64,000 nt of DNA from Azolla caroliniana. Lineage: Eukaryota > Plantae > Polypodiophyta. The stretch spans positions 12,276,001 through 12,340,000 of the forward strand of contig JBHGNT010000021.1 of assembly GCA_043228905.1 (NCBI GenBank). The letters run 5' to 3'. Position numbers and translations under genes: made by a program. The notes under the pieces were generated by a model. It had not been told where the DNA came from, ran no database searches, and was given only the letters and a program-made list of their open reading frames with translations. Numbering within the stretch: position 1 is the first letter of the stretch; each line of letters begins with the position of its first letter. Below are positions 1 through 13,527 of the stretch, one piece after another.

Positions 1-1686
1 GAGAATTGCCGGAACTTGTCAAGACCAAGGGGCTTGGTGAAGATGTTGACAGTCTGCCGATCCGTCGGAACATATACTAGTTCGACTTCACCGAAAGGAC
101 ACGATCGCGGACAAAATGGTAGTGTACCTCAATGTGCTTGGTCTGAGCGTGGAAGACGGGGTTCTTTGCAAGTTTAATGCTGCAAGTTGGATGCTCTATA
201 CTCGACCTTCGTGCTCGACAAGGCAAATGTCGGCTGCTTCTTGCTGCTCTAGGCGATTGCGACACTCCCAAGCGAGAAGGTGAACCCAGATGTGGATCTA
301 CGATCGTCGGGGTTTCCGGCCCAATTGACATCCGAGTAGCTGACGAGCCATTCGGCAATACTGGTCCAATATAGCAACGCCCTATCCTTAGTGCCGTAGA
401 CATAACACAATATCCTTTGCGTGCACTGAAGGTGTTCGACTGTGGGCTGCGACATAAATTGACTGATCAGGTCGACGGGGTAATTGAGATCCGGCCGAGT
501 GATTGTCAAATAAATTAGGATTCTGACAATTTGTCGGAACCGTGTCGGGTCGCACGCATTTCCCGAATCTCGGTGAAGCTTGACGTTTTTGTTCAGAGGA
601 GTTGAGATGAACTTACACTCTGCCATCCCGACCTTGAAGAGCATACTCAACACGTAATGTCATTGGCTGATTAGTATGCCTTTGGGGGTGCGGATCACTT
701 CGATCGCTAGGACGTAATGACGGTCCCTCAGTCCTTCATGTTGAATGATGCCGCAAGCTAGGACTTTACGCGGCCGATTTCATCCAGGTCGACGCCGACG
801 ATGACTAAATCATCAACATAAAGTAAAATACTAACCGGTCCATGTCGACCCTGCTGGACGAACAATGAAGAGTCCGATTTGGACGTCGCAAACCCCATCC
901 AACGCAGGCGTTGCGTGATCTTCGCGTTCCACGCGCGCGAGGCTTGCTTTAGTCCGTAGAGGGACTTCTTCAGTTGGCATACCGCCGAGGTGCTCCTTCC
1001 GGACTAAAATCTGGGGGGTTGTACCATGTACACTTGTTCCTCAAGTTCTCCTTGCAGGAACACATTCTTTACATCCATTTGATGTAAATGCCACCCCTTT
1101 ACGACAAGCAGGACACAGACGGTTGTCATCTTCGCGACCGATGCAAAGGTCTCATTGTAGTCGATGCCTTCGCCACTAATCGGGCCTTGTAGCAGTTGAC
1201 AGAGCCATCAGTGTTGTACTTGACCTTGTACACCCACTTGCATCCAATTGGCTTTATACCCTTCGGGGCGTCCACCAGGTCCCAGGGTTCACTTTCCGCT
1301 AATGCGTGCATCTCTTCCTCCATTGCAACATGCCAATTTGCGTCCTTCGCCGCTTCTGCATAGCTCTCCAGCTCACGCACTTCCATGTACGCATAATGAT
1401 GCGCCATATACTCGTTGTATTCGAACCGCACCACGGGATTCTTTTGGCAGGTAGATTGGCGTAATTGCTCATTGGCCGATTTTGAGGCCCTCTTGGCTGA
1501 TGCGGACTTCGTTTCCGAAGGTCCGTCTTCGTTTTTCCCAGAGCCAAATTCATTTCGATCCGATTTGTCTTTATCAGTGCCATACTCCGACATCTTATTC
1601 TTTCCCTTCTCTTCCAGCGTAAGCCGTCTCCTTGATTTCCGGCGCGGGGATTGCATGGCCGAGTCTCCACTACTCGCCGACTCGTC
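1..1686 (-). mobile_element. Degenerate Ty1/copia fragment (post-integrase linker, RT, RNase H)
   Basis: Minus-strand peptides [52 protein letters not shown] and KHIEVHYHFVRD are copia RT/RH motifs; broken by frameshifts and stops. Confidence 0.93.
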
Positions 1687-4600
1687 ATTTCCCTCTAAAC
1701 AAGTTAGCAATGTGTTCTTAGCCCAAGTAATAGTTAGTACTAAAACTATCTCTCTAGTACATGTCTTAGCACTCCTAGATTCCGGAACTAATTCTTGCTT
1801 CATGGATAGGAATTTTGCCCAAGCTCATTAGATATCCCTAAGAAAACTCCCGTGTCCAGCCTCTATAGTAGTCATTGATGGTCATCCCCCCATTGCTTCC
1901 GGAAATATCATAGAAGAGTCAGAGCCCGTTAATATTTTCCTAGATAATATAGCGTGTGTACTATCCTTTAATATAATTAGTATCCCAGAACATCCCATTG
2001 TTTTGGGATTACCATGGTTCGAATTACATAACCCAGACATAGATTGGAGAACAAGGGAAATCCGATATCGACAAACCCAAGGATCTAGACATAAGATTGC
2101 AACCATTTCGTTACATCAGTTGCATGAGGAAGGACGCAAGGAAGAAATGTTTCTCTTCATAGTATCAGTAAAACCCTCCAACACCACTAAAGAGGAGTCC
2201 ACCGTTAAACTTCCATAAAAGTATCGTCATTATGCCGATATGTTCGATAAAGTACAAGCCAATATACATCCTCACCATCGACCGTAAGATTGCCCCATCG
2301 ATTTACAACCGGGAAAAGAGCCACCATGGGGACCGATCTACAATTTGTCACCAAACGAGCTAAAAGTTCTTTAAGCCTACATAGAGGAGAATTTGGCAAA
2401 TGGTTTCATTCGACATTCGAAATCTCTAGTCGGCGCACCCATTTTCTTCATCAAGAAAATGGATGGATCACTTCGTCTCGTTGTAGATTACAGTGGCTTG
2501 AATAAGGTCACCATCAGGAATAGGTGCGTACTCCCCCTTATCTCAAGTCTTTTAGAATGGATCAATGGTGCAAGGTTCTTCACAAAGATCGATTTACGAG
2601 GAGCATATAACTTCGTACGGATCCGACCAGGAGATGAATGGAAGACCGCGTTTCGCACCATATATGGGCACTTCGAGTATACGGTGATGCCATTCGGCCT
2701 CACTAATGCGCCATCAGTCTTCCAGCACATGGCAAATGATATATTCCGAGATCTCTTAGATGTTTGTTTGATCATCTATTTGGATGATCTACTGGTTTAT
2801 TCGAAGACCCAAGAAGATCATGATTCTCATGTATTGTTAGTACTAAAACAACTTCGAGAACATGGTCTTTATGCAAAGCTGGAAAAATGTAGTTTCGGGT
2901 GCAACTAGGTAGAATTTTTGGGCTATGTCATTTCCTTGGAAGGCATCTCCATGGATCCAGATAAGGTCAAAAAGGTGGTAGAGTAGCAGACTCCGCGTTT
3001 GTTGCAAGATGTGCAATGTTTTTTAGGCTTTGCCAATTTCTACCGCAAGTTTATACAGGATTGCTCAAAGCTTCTTCTACCTCTCACACAACTCACTAGG
3101 AAGTGACAATCGTTCATTTGGTCTAAAGAAGCATACATGGCTTTTGAGAATCTTAAGAAGGCATTTACATCAGCTCTTATTCTGGCTCATGTTGATCCGG
3201 AAAAACCATTCATCATTGAAGCATATGCATCGGATATCGCGTTGAGTAGCATTCTGCCACAACAAGGCGATGATGAAAAGCTCCATCCTATGGCTTTCCA
3301 CTCACACAAGTTTGACGCTGTCGAAATCAACTATGAAATTCATGATAAGGAGCTATTAGCAATAGTGGACTCTTTTACGCAATGAGGTATTTTGTAGAGG
3401 GATCTTCTCATCAAGTCATCGTATTCAATGATCACAAAAACCTTGCCTACTTTCAGAATTCTCGTGTGTGAAATCAACGTCAAGCTCGGTGGGCCCAATT
3501 CATCACTCGTTTTGACTTCAAAATTACATATCGTCCAGGGAAGCAACAAGGGAAGGCAGATGCATTATTACGGTGCTCGTATCTAGCACTGCGTCCTGGC
3601 GAGCCATCTTTCGATAACCAAAAGCAAGTAATCTTGGGACCAGCACGATTGCAAGCAATGCAGGTCTTCAATATGCTCTTGGATTCCCACGTTATCGATA
3701 CCATACGTGAGGACTTGAAGATAGATGCTTTCACCCAAGCCATTCTAGCACAAATTGATCCCTCTCGAGCATCTTGTTCAGAGTCGCAACAACCAGGTAC
3801 AGACCATCGACAATTCGAATGTCATGATGGAGTAATATTCTTTAAGAAACTCTTGTATGTTCCTAATGGTTCTTGTTGCCTTCGAGTAGTCCAAAACTAT
3901 CATGACACATATACAACTAGGCATTTTGGTAGTACTAAAAACATAAGATTTAGTACAACGATCATTCTGGTGCCCCATATGCGACAATTTGTCAAAGATT
4001 TTGTTCGGACTTGTGATACATGTAGTAGAACAAAAATGCCAAGGCATCATCCATATGGTTTATTAGAACCGTTACCAATTCCAAGCAAGCTGTGGCAATC
4101 CATTGCTCTAGATTTCATCACAGATCTTCCGGTCTCTAAGGGATTCGATGCGATCTTAACGGTAGTAGATCGATATACTAAGGAAATATCCAGTGAGGAA
4201 ACTGCCAAAACTGTCATGCATGAAGTATGTCAGCATCATGGCCTTCCTGATAGTATCATCAGCGACCGTGGACCCCAATTCGTCTCGAAATTCTGGAAGC
4301 ACCTCTTTAAAATGCTCAAGGTCACTTGTAACCTCTCCTCCGGCTACCACTCGCAAATTGACGGCCAAGCAAAACGAACAAATCAAATGCTGGAGCAGTA
4401 TCTTCGGTGCTTTCTAAGCTATTATCAAGATAACTAGGCAGATATTCTCCAGTTCACCGAATTTGTGTATAATAAGTCTGTCCACTCATCGATAAAGGTT
4501 ACACCATTTTATGCTTATACGGGCTGTCACCCCCCGGTGGTGTGTATTTGAAACCCCAAAGTTACCCACAAATCCTTGTGCAGAGGATTGTTTGGAACGG

Positions 4601-5401
4601 TTACACAAGATACAAGTGGATTTATCTACTCATCTACATCAAGCTTAACAAACACACAAGGTTTACGCCGATCGTCATCGGCTTCCATCCGGTTTTAACA
4701 TTGGAGATTGGGAATTGCTACTACGACGACACATCAAGACTACTCGCCCATGCGAGAAGTTGGATTATCGGCGATTAGGTCCTTTTCATCTCTATCTATC
4801 TCCACAACTTCGGATACATCCGGTGTTTCATAGTTCTCTCCTTGAACCCTATCAAGACAGCACCATCCTAGGTCGTATTAAACAACCTCCACCCCCAATC
4901 GAACTTGAAGATGGACCTGAGTATGAGGTTGCCCCCATCCTCGATTGGCTAGGATATAGTTCTAGCGAGCGTACTTGAGAACCAATAGAGAATGTGACCA
5001 ATGCTCGTGCTCTTCTTGAAGACTTCCATCGTCAATATCCAGACAAACCGGGTCCTCAATCCAAAACGACTCGTGACACTCATTGTTTTAAAAGGGGGAT
5101 AGTGTCATGATATGGCAAGACTCGAACCCATGACCTTATGTTACATGAGTTACGCTCTTGACCATTAGAGTATATGTTATAATACAAAGGATATTATTTT
5201 CATTAAGTTTTACTATAGAAAATTGATGTATATTCCAGATTTCTCTGGAACATTCTAGAAACTTCAGGAGTACTCCTAAGAACACTATAAAAGGAGGCAC
5301 AAGGCATTATTTCGAACCAAATCCGTTCAACGCCAGTCTTAAGCCTCCTAGCTACTATTGTATATTCTCTTAACATAATATATATATTTTGTTATCATCA
5401 T

Positions 5402-5435
<34 letters not shown>

Positions 5436-5540
5436 TCACTCACTCACTCTTTCCTTCTCTCGAGAGTTCTACACCTCCCTTAGTACTAATCCTCATCTTT
5501 TAGTACTAATTCCTTCTTTGTCTTAGTATTGTTCCTGACA
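1687..5540 (+). mobile_element. 5'-truncated degenerate Tcn1-like chromovirus (family 2): PR-RT-RH-IN-chromodomain remnant plus 3' LTR
   Basis: LLDSGTN protease, YLDD RT, NYEIHDKELLAI RH, IISDRGPQF IN, PEYEV chromodomain remnant; PPT AAAGGGGGATAG before the LTR; many stops. Confidence 0.92.
5103..5540 (+). repeat. 3' LTR of chromovirus family 2
   Basis: TGTCATGA...CCTGACA termini, directly after the PPT, homologous to LTR 27505-27957. Confidence 0.9.
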
Positions 5541-5855
5541 GGCGTATCCTCGCTGCCGCTCGCTTAATACTTTCGCTCCGAATCAGATGGGGAAACTTAT
5601 GGCATCTTCGTCTTCCTGATTGACCACCCATCCATATCCAGTCGGGCTCATGTCCACAGTCATGTAAACTGGGGTGCCCTTTCCGTAAACCACTTTCCGG
5701 ATGGCCGATGCCAATGTCATTGCCTCCTTTAGCTTCTGAACTGACTCCGCGTGCTCTTGATTCCATTCGAATTTTTGGCCCTTCTTTAATAGCCCGTAGA
5801 GCGGCTCCGCGACGTGTGCATAATGCGGAATCCAAATGTGGTACAATGTGCACGC
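5541..5855 (-). mobile_element. Fragment of GC-rich gypsy element D (RT/RNase H connection)
   Basis: ACTLYHIWIPHYAHVAEPLYGLLKKGQKFEW...VYMTVDMSPTGYGWVVNQE, homologous to pol of A1, C and E. Confidence 0.88.
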
Positions 5856-5873
5856 TGTCGCGTTGTTACGCGT

Positions 5874-8800
5874 TGTCGTGAAGATTTTCGTCAACAAGCG
5901 GAAACCCGAGCAACGAGAGGCAAAGAGCGATGTGCAACGTTGCACACATACATAATGTATTTGTAATAGTAATAACACCCTCCCCCAAATCAAGGCAAAT
6001 ATACCCTTTGAATGAAAGGGGATATTTTAGTCTCACTTTTGTAAGCGATCTTCCCTCCTTGTGCTATAAAAGGAGAGAGAAGGCACCATTGTGGGGGTTG
6101 CCCATTTTGCATTAGAGGGTATACCGTTAGGTTTAGAGTTAGCTTCTTCTTCTTCTCCCCCTTCGTGTTCGCTTAGGGTTTGCTGCAACTCATCTCCTGC
6201 GCAAGACCCCGCTCGGCGCAACGAGCCCGTGAGCTCCCCGACGACGGCTTGGCAGCAGACGACTACTGTAACCTACCTCAGTCCGGCTCGAAGCCGGGAA
6301 TGTATTCTTCTTCTATATAAATATATATACGTTTGCGTCTGTCTGTGTATATTGGCGTCTTTGTTGGTGTCTGGTACTTCCCCTTTCCTGTGTTTCCTGT
6401 ACATGAGGGTGTGAGCTGTGTGTGTGTGCGTGTGTGTGCGTGTGTGCGCGTGAGTCGGTGTCAAGCGCGCGCTTCCTTTCTTTCTCTCTCTCCCTATGGT
6501 TGCTTCCAGTGTGCTTCTAGGATGCCCCGGAAACGGTGAAGTGCGACTTCCTACGCTCCGTCGCTCCCTAGTCCAAGACCCCCGTGGTCCCGCCTTTCTC
6601 CACGCACGCGCATAACAACGCGACATCTTTGGTGAACCCGACGTGAAGGGCGGCAAGGGAGCATGGAGATGGAAGAAGACTTTGACTTCGAGGAGATGAT
6701 GGCAAAGATCGTGATGGAAGCCCAACGGAAGATGGCGAAGCGAGATGCGGCTCAACAAGCCGTCGAAAGGGTGGTCGATCAAGTCGGCCGGTTCAATGGG
6801 AATGAGGTCCTAAAAATTTTGGGAGCCTACAAGGCCGAGATGGCGAAAAGGGGCGTGGACGAGGCAATGCGACTAGAGTATTTTCCGTGAGTGGCGGCCG
6901 TATCGGTGCACAAGGACGTCAAGGAGCTACGAGAAGCTCACGAGTCATGGGACTCCTTCGAGGGAGCTCTATTGGAAGTGTACGGATACGCGAAACCGGA
7001 GTGGGTATGCGGGCAACCCGATGGGGAACGGTCAACAACAACATGGCCCACGAATGACGGAGAAGAGAGAGCGGCGAGTGAGTACGCACTACCGCCGGAA
7101 GAGAGCTCAACGCAAAACGGTTCGGAGGAGCTCGACCTAGAAGCGCTAATACAGGAGGCATGCGAGCTTGTGAAGGGGAAAATCGAAGCCGAAGAAGGGC
7201 TTATTATGGAGTCGGGCCGGAGGCGATCGGAGGTTGAGGAGGCTGAAAGAGAATGGTACATCAGTACCATAGGAGAGGGTGTGGAGCGAGCCACCCTCTC
7301 GACATGCGGAGAAAGATCGACCGAGGACGAGGTCGGGGACGGTGAGGCGGTGATTGCCGATTCAAGCGGACATGAGGGAGTTCGGGCATGGAGCCCGAAA
7401 CATCGAGAGACGGACGATGGCGGCGGCAAGGCGGGCAACCGAAATGACGAAGAGGAGGTTTGTAGCGGGCGGACGGAGGCGAGATCCCTCGACACCAGGG
7501 CCGGAGACTTCGGCGGTTGAGACCGAGCGCGGACATAAGACTGGGGAGATGGGTGGTGGCCGTGAGGATGAGAGGCCCGGAGTGGGCACGTGCGAAAAGA
7601 CCGAAGGAGAGGTCCGGAGCAGCATCGAGGAGTGAGTCGGGAACCGACCCGACTGAAAGATGAGCCGGTCGGTAATCCGACCCGACCGGGAGGCGGAGCG
7701 GAAGAAGAGTGAAGCGGGGGCCGGTCAACCGGGCACGAACCGAAGGAAGCCGGCAAGACCGGGATTGTTTGATCGATTCGTAGCCGGCCGGGTACGGTTA
7801 CGGTGGGAGCCGGTGAGAGCGAGAAGGAGGCCTAGTGGGCACGGTGATCACGGCTTGCTAGAAGACCGAGAGCGAGAGGGACCTTCCACACCCATTCTAG
7901 AGACTTCGGCGGTTGCGGATCAATGTGAGACCGGAGAGAGGCAGGTGGCGGCGAGGAGTCGGAGGCCGAAGCGGACAAAGTTATCGGAGTGGGTATCCGG
8001 TATGAGATGATGGACGAGCGGGTCAGAGATGGCGAGCTCGGGTCGGAACGGGCTACAGTGACAAAGGAAGAAATGGCCGACGCGGAGGTCAGGTCTACGG
8101 CGGATGAAGGGCGTAACACGAAGCATGCACTACGGTCGGTGAAGGGCCCAAGAACGAGCATGCATCCGAGAGAGCGTCAACGAGTGACCGGAAACGGTGG
8201 ACCGATTGAGTCTTTGAGACGCGAGGACTCGATGGTGAACCGAGAGTGGGAGGAACCCTCCACACCTACCCGTGAGGCATCGGCGGTCGCGGATCGAAAG
8301 GAGAACGAAGAAGCGGTGGGTGGCGGCGAGGAGTTGGAGACCGACGCGGAGGTCGGGTCTACGGCGGAAGCACGACACGAGACGCATGCAATACGGCCGG
8401 TGGAGGGCCAAGACACAAGCATGCATACGGTGGATGGGCGACAACGATTGACTGACGATGACGGTCGGGTCAAGCCTTCGAGAGGCAAGCGCGGGACGAA
8501 GGACGGTGCGGCGAAACACCAAGGTCGACGACATGGGCCGAGCGCGATCGGCATGAGCGGAGAGTCATATCTAGGAAAACGGAGGAGATGCTCGGAGAAC
8601 AACGGGGTATACACCGGGAAGAGAAAGCGCGGCGGCTTCCCGGAGGGCATACAAGGCCAAGTGGGCCAAGAGGGCGCAAGTCGAGGCGAGGCGATAACGA
8701 GAGCCTTGAGGGACACCGACACGGAGGTCGGGATGACGATACGCTCTACTACGAGAGAGCATGGCGAAGAAGGGGAAAGCAAAAAACGCGTGATGGGGTC

Positions 8801-10118
8801 ATCGAAGGACCGAAGCATGAGCACGCATTCGGAGGGCAACATCGACATACGGGGAAAGCCTACGGAAGGCAAGCGCCGAGCGGAGAGAGTCGGCACGCCG
8901 AGGTGTGCGGCACGCAAAGGGCGGAATTCGGCATGCGACCGGGAGCGCATCCGGAGGATATATGAGGCGGATAAAGGAAGAGCAACCGGGTCGGTGACGG
9001 CGTTCGGGAGGACCGAACGGGGAGGAAAGCACGGGCATCGGATACGGCGGGTCGGATGTAGTCGGTGGTTCAAGGACCCATGGTGGACGTGGTGGATCGG
9101 GTGGAGGCAACGACTCGGCGAACATCGTCGAGTGTGACGGATCGGATGGCGCCGATGGTTCGAGACCATTCGGCGAGGATGGTGGCCCGGAAGGCGGCGG
9201 CGGTTTGTGTGGATGGGGTGGTCTTGCTCGAAGTGGAAGACAAAGCCGGGCGGGCCCACGAGAACGCTAAGGACTCGGTCGGTCGTCGTGGCCGAAAATC
9301 TCGTGTTCTCTCCCCTATGTTTTGGCACATACCGGAGGATGTGCGGTTAGGTGAGGGCGGATGTCGTGAAGATTTTCGTCCACAAGCGGAAAGCCGAGCA
9401 ACGAGAGCCAAAGAGTGATGTGCAACGTTGCACACGTACATAATGTATTTGTAATAGTAATAAAGGTATAAAGGTGATATGGTTGTACGCACATCCACGC
9501 GAGAGAGAGAGAGAGAGGTACTATGCTGTACATAGGTACCTAGTTGTTTGTGAGGTGGGAGTTAAGGGGCCATCAATCTCACCCTCCCCCAAATCAAGGC
9601 AAATATCCCCTTTGAATGAAAGGGGATATTTTAGTCTCACTTTTGTAAGCGGTCTTCCCTCCTTGAGCTATAAAAGGAGAGAGAAGGCACCATTGTGGGG
9701 GTTGCCCATTTTGAATTAGAGGGTATACCGTTAGGTTTAGAGTTAGCTTCTTCTTCTTCTCCCCCTTCGTGTTCGCTTAGGGTTTGCTGCAGCTCATCTC
9801 CTGCGCAAGACCCCGCTCGGCGCGACGAGCCCATGAGCTCCCCGACGGCGGCTTGGCAGCAAACGACTACTGTAACCTACCTCAGTCCGGCTCGAAGCCG
9901 GGAATGTATTCTTCTTCTATATAAATATATATATGTTTGCGTCTGTCTGTGTATATTGGCGTCTTTATTGGTGTCGGGTGCTTCCCCTTTCCTGCGTTTC
10001 CTGTACATGAGGGTGTGAGCTGTGTGTGTGTGCGTGTGTGTGCGTGCGTGCGAGTGAGTCGGTGTCCAAGACCCCCGTGGTCCCGCCTTTCTCCACGCAC
10101 GCGCGTAACAACGTGACA
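5874..10118 (+). mobile_element. Non-autonomous LTR element B (gag remnant only, no pol)
   Basis: LTRs 5874-6625 and 9362-10118 (TGTCGTGAAGA...GACA), tRNA-Trp PBS, gag N-terminus remnant from 6663 (VGRFNGNEV), purine-rich repeated interior, PPT-like GGTTAGGTGAGGGCGGA. Confidence 0.88.
6630..6647 (+). promoter_or_regulatory. Primer-binding site complementary to tRNA-Trp 3' end
   Basis: TGGTGAACCCGACGTGAA is the reverse complement of the plant tRNA-Trp end TTCACGTCGGGTTCACCA; 4 nt after the LTR; same PBS at 13488, ~34209, 36903 and ~43418-43435 (minus). Confidence 0.88.
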
Positions 10119-10789
10119 ATGCATGCGTGGAGAACAAGGCGGGACCACTGGGGTCTTGGACCGAGGAATGGGTGAGAAAAGGGAGAGAGAGCGACGGTCA
10201 CACACGTATAGACAAAGAAGCGCACGGGGACGCGGCCCAACAACATAGGAGACACGAGTTGAGCAGGAAATAGAGTATAAGAACACTAGTGTACGTATAT
10301 AAATGTATGTATGCAGACGACTCGAACGGTTACAGCCGATCAGGTCTGCGAGACGGATGCCGACGCCTGATCACCCACGCACGCAGGGGAGCAAGATGGA
10401 GATTCTGCCGGAAGCACACGGGCGTTCCACAGAGCAGGATCAGCCTCTCGAGAACCTGTGCAAAAGACAGCTATGGAGAACGACAAAGAAGAAGAGCTCG
10501 GTCCCAGTCCGACAACACTTCATCCCCTCTAGTGCGCGCCCCCTCTCTCTCCCCGTCTCCCTCTCTTTTATAGCTCAAGGAGGGAGGCCGTTTCACCCAT
10601 TTACATCACATTAATTCTCTGTCCTTTCGGACAGAGATACTCCTCGATTCCCCCTATAGAATATTGCTACCTAGGATTTGACTTTTGTGCCTACCTATCT
10701 AGTATACAACAAGGGGCGTGTCCATGTGTAAGGGCCGGTCCACACACGCGATACACGGTTTGTGCCTGGGGACGGTTTTCTTCACGACA
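10119..10789 (-). repeat. 3' LTR of element C (main part)
   Basis: Minus strand starts TGTCGTGAAGAAAACC after the PPT; ends in CCACGCA... and continues at 5856-5873. Confidence 0.85.
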
Positions 10790-10865
10790 TCCATCCCCAC
10801 CTAACCGCGCATCTACTGGTATGCGCCAAAATTGGGTTCCTACTAGAGAAAACCGGTCCTTGCTT

Positions 10866-12864
10866 TTAATCCTCGTTTACTGGTTCGTCCTCCCCCTCGG
10901 GCTGCTCGTCGTTGTTGTCCATGCCCCCTAGCTCCGGCTCACCGTCGTGTCGTTTCTTGAACGCTTTGATCCTCTTCCCCGCTACTGGTCTCGCCATTCT
11001 CGTACCGTCGAGCTCCGCGAGATGGTACGTCCCATTGTTGTTGGCGCCTGTTACTACGTAAGGCCCAAACCACCTCCTCGCAAACTTCCGCGTGGCCTTG
11101 TGCTGATTGTCGAGGCTGCTGTCATAGACTAGGACCCAGTCGCCTTCCTCGATCTTCCTTGGCCGGAGCCGGTGCGTTCGGTCGAACCGGGCTTTGTTCC
11201 TTACCCTTGCTACCCGAAGTTTCTCCGCGGGTCGCTCTACACCCTCCGGACTCCGCTCGAGCTGTCGAATACGTGTCGTCAACAGTTCCTCCCAGCTCAT
11301 CTCATTCCTCTAGTCCATCGTGGCCCACGAGGAGATCGTTCGCTCCGTTGGCATGATCGGCTTCTGTCCGAACATAAGCTCTGCCGGCATGAACCCGGTT
11401 ACCGAACTATGCGTAGTCCGGTCCGCCCACAAGGCATAAGGTAGCAGCCGTGGCCAGTTCCTGACTTGGCCTCCGCACGCCCGTACTAGCGCTTTGACAA
11501 TCGGCCCGTGTCCGCGCTCTACCTTCCCGTTCGCCTCCGGATTGTACACTGTGGTGAGCGAAAGTTAGACTCCTAGCCGATCGAACAGCTCTTCGGCCTC
11601 TTCTGCGTCCAACTCACCACGGTCAGCCACGATCTTCCCTATGCACCTGTATCGACATACCACGTCCTCAATCAGAAACCGGCACACGGCTACAATCGTC
11701 TTGTTCTATAGGGCTCGGCCTTCAACCTGGTTCGTTAGATCCTCCCGAGCCAACACCAGATACCGCATCTGTCCTACCCCCATTGGCATCGTCACCAAAT
11801 CCACCATCCACTTGAAGTGGACGGTCGGAGGGTAGGTTGGGTGAAGCTCGTCCCGGTGTTAGATCATGGAGTGCACCTGGCAGCTTTCGCAAGTCGTCAC
11901 GAACCGATGCACGTCCCGATACAGTCTCGGCCACCAGTACTTCCCCTTTAGCTTTTCGAACGTGGCCCACGTTCCACGGTATCCAGCCCAAGGACTATCG
12001 TGGTATGCCGCCAGCAAATCCTCATGTTCCTCCTTCTTCGCCACCACTCGGAGCGGGATGTCATTCCTCCTCTTCGGGTGATTCCATATGTACCCGTCCC
12101 GGAGAAAGAATCGGTACGCTTTCTTCCGAATACGGTTGGCCTCATCCTTTGTCCATGCCGCGTCCGGTGTCATTGTTTTCAGGAACCCGCCGATTTGCAG
12201 CCACTCCCCGTTGTACTTGCTCTCGTCGAAATCGTTAAGCGTTGGAGTGCATTCCCTGTCGGTCGGTTGTTACGTAAGCCGCCTCGAAGAAGTCCACGCC
12301 GACTTCCTCGTCCTCCGAAACCATGCCACCCTCGTTTTCGAACCTTGCCTTTGAAAGCATGTCGGCCATGGCATTGTCTTTCTCGGAAATGTGTCGTACT
12401 TCCGGATTCAGGGACTTGATGTACGCTATCCACCTGAGCATTGCCAGGTCCGGCGTCGCGCATCCGGAAACCATGCCAAGAATTGGCAGGCAGTCCGTCT
12501 CGATAATTACCTTTGTCCCGATCAGGTAGTCTTTATCGGCCTTTACCGCTGAAACGATACCCCAGAGCTCGCGTTTAACCTGGGCGTATCCTCGCTGTCG
12601 CTCGCTGAGGACCTTCGCGCCAAACCGGATCGGGAAGCGCACGCCGTCCTCGTCCTCTTGGTTGACAACCCATCCGATCCCGGTTGGACTCGTGTCTACC
12701 GTTACGTAAATTGGGGTGGCCGGAGCTGCGGCAAGTGCTTCCTTCATCTTTCGGACAGACTCCGTATGCTCGTCTCTCCACTCGAATTTTCGCCCTTTTT
12801 TTAGCAACCCGTATAACGGCTCCGCAACGTGGGCGTAATGCGGGATCCATACGTGGTAGAATGC
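10866..12864 (-). pseudogene. RNase H plus integrase of element C
   Basis: VTVDTSPTGIGW, RELWG, ETDCLP, NAMADMLS; HHCC; NGKVERGH; WFGPY; several stops and frameshifts. Confidence 0.9.
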
Positions 12865-13527
12865 TGTCGTGAAGAAAACCGTCCACAAGCGGAATCGGTG
12901 CACCAGAGCGTAGGAACCGGCTCTTCATGCACGTGCGCCTTATGTTGTACATAGGAGATCCTAGGCGGGCAGATTCGATAGGTAGGAAGTAAAGGGGAAA
13001 CGGCTCCTTCCTTGCCTATAAAAGGAGGGAGACGAGGAGGAGAAAGGGATCGCGGAGAGTCGAGGACGAAGTGCTGTCGGTTTGGGTGCGAAGGCTTCTC
13101 TCTCTCTGGTTCGCAAACTCCATAGCTTCCTTCTGTGCAGGTTTCGGGAGGCTCGCGCTGCTCTGAGGAATGCCTGAGTGCTTCCGGCAGCACCTCCAAC
13201 CTACTCCTTCATCTCTGTGCGTTTACGAACAGGTATTGGCATCTGTTCGCCGGCCTGTTCGGTTGTAACCGACTTTGTGTTTTGTTGTTTGTCTTTGTTA
13301 ATACATACATACATTCGTGTCTCTCTGTGTCGCTGTCCCATTCGCTTCTTTGTGTCGAAGGGCCGTGTCCCTGTGAATCTACTCTCGCACGTAGTGGGTC
13401 TCTTCTCCTTTCTCTCTTGCTCTTCGGTACAGGACCCCCGAGGTCCCGCCTCATTCCACGCATCCGCGAGGAATACCTCGACATCTTTGGTGAACCCGAC
13501 ATGAAGGAGGCGGCAGAAGAGCAGAAG

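Noticed and set aside
6033-6782. Recurrent short ORFs in LTRs (also 9637-10614, 26041-27129, 30247-31335, 43156-43982)
   Set aside because: They recur only because LTRs recur; microsatellite-derived peptides with no recognisable motif
7989-9328. Overlapping 382-aa and 383-aa ORFs on opposite strands
   Set aside because: GC-rich, strand-skewed DNA poor in stop codons, no domain recognised; not called as CDS
13135-13500. N-terminal ~120 aa of the 839-aa ORF (also 33856 onward)
   Set aside because: Lies inside the LTR/PBS, uses a non-ATG start, has low-complexity CT-rich composition and is absent from families B and E; not part of Gag
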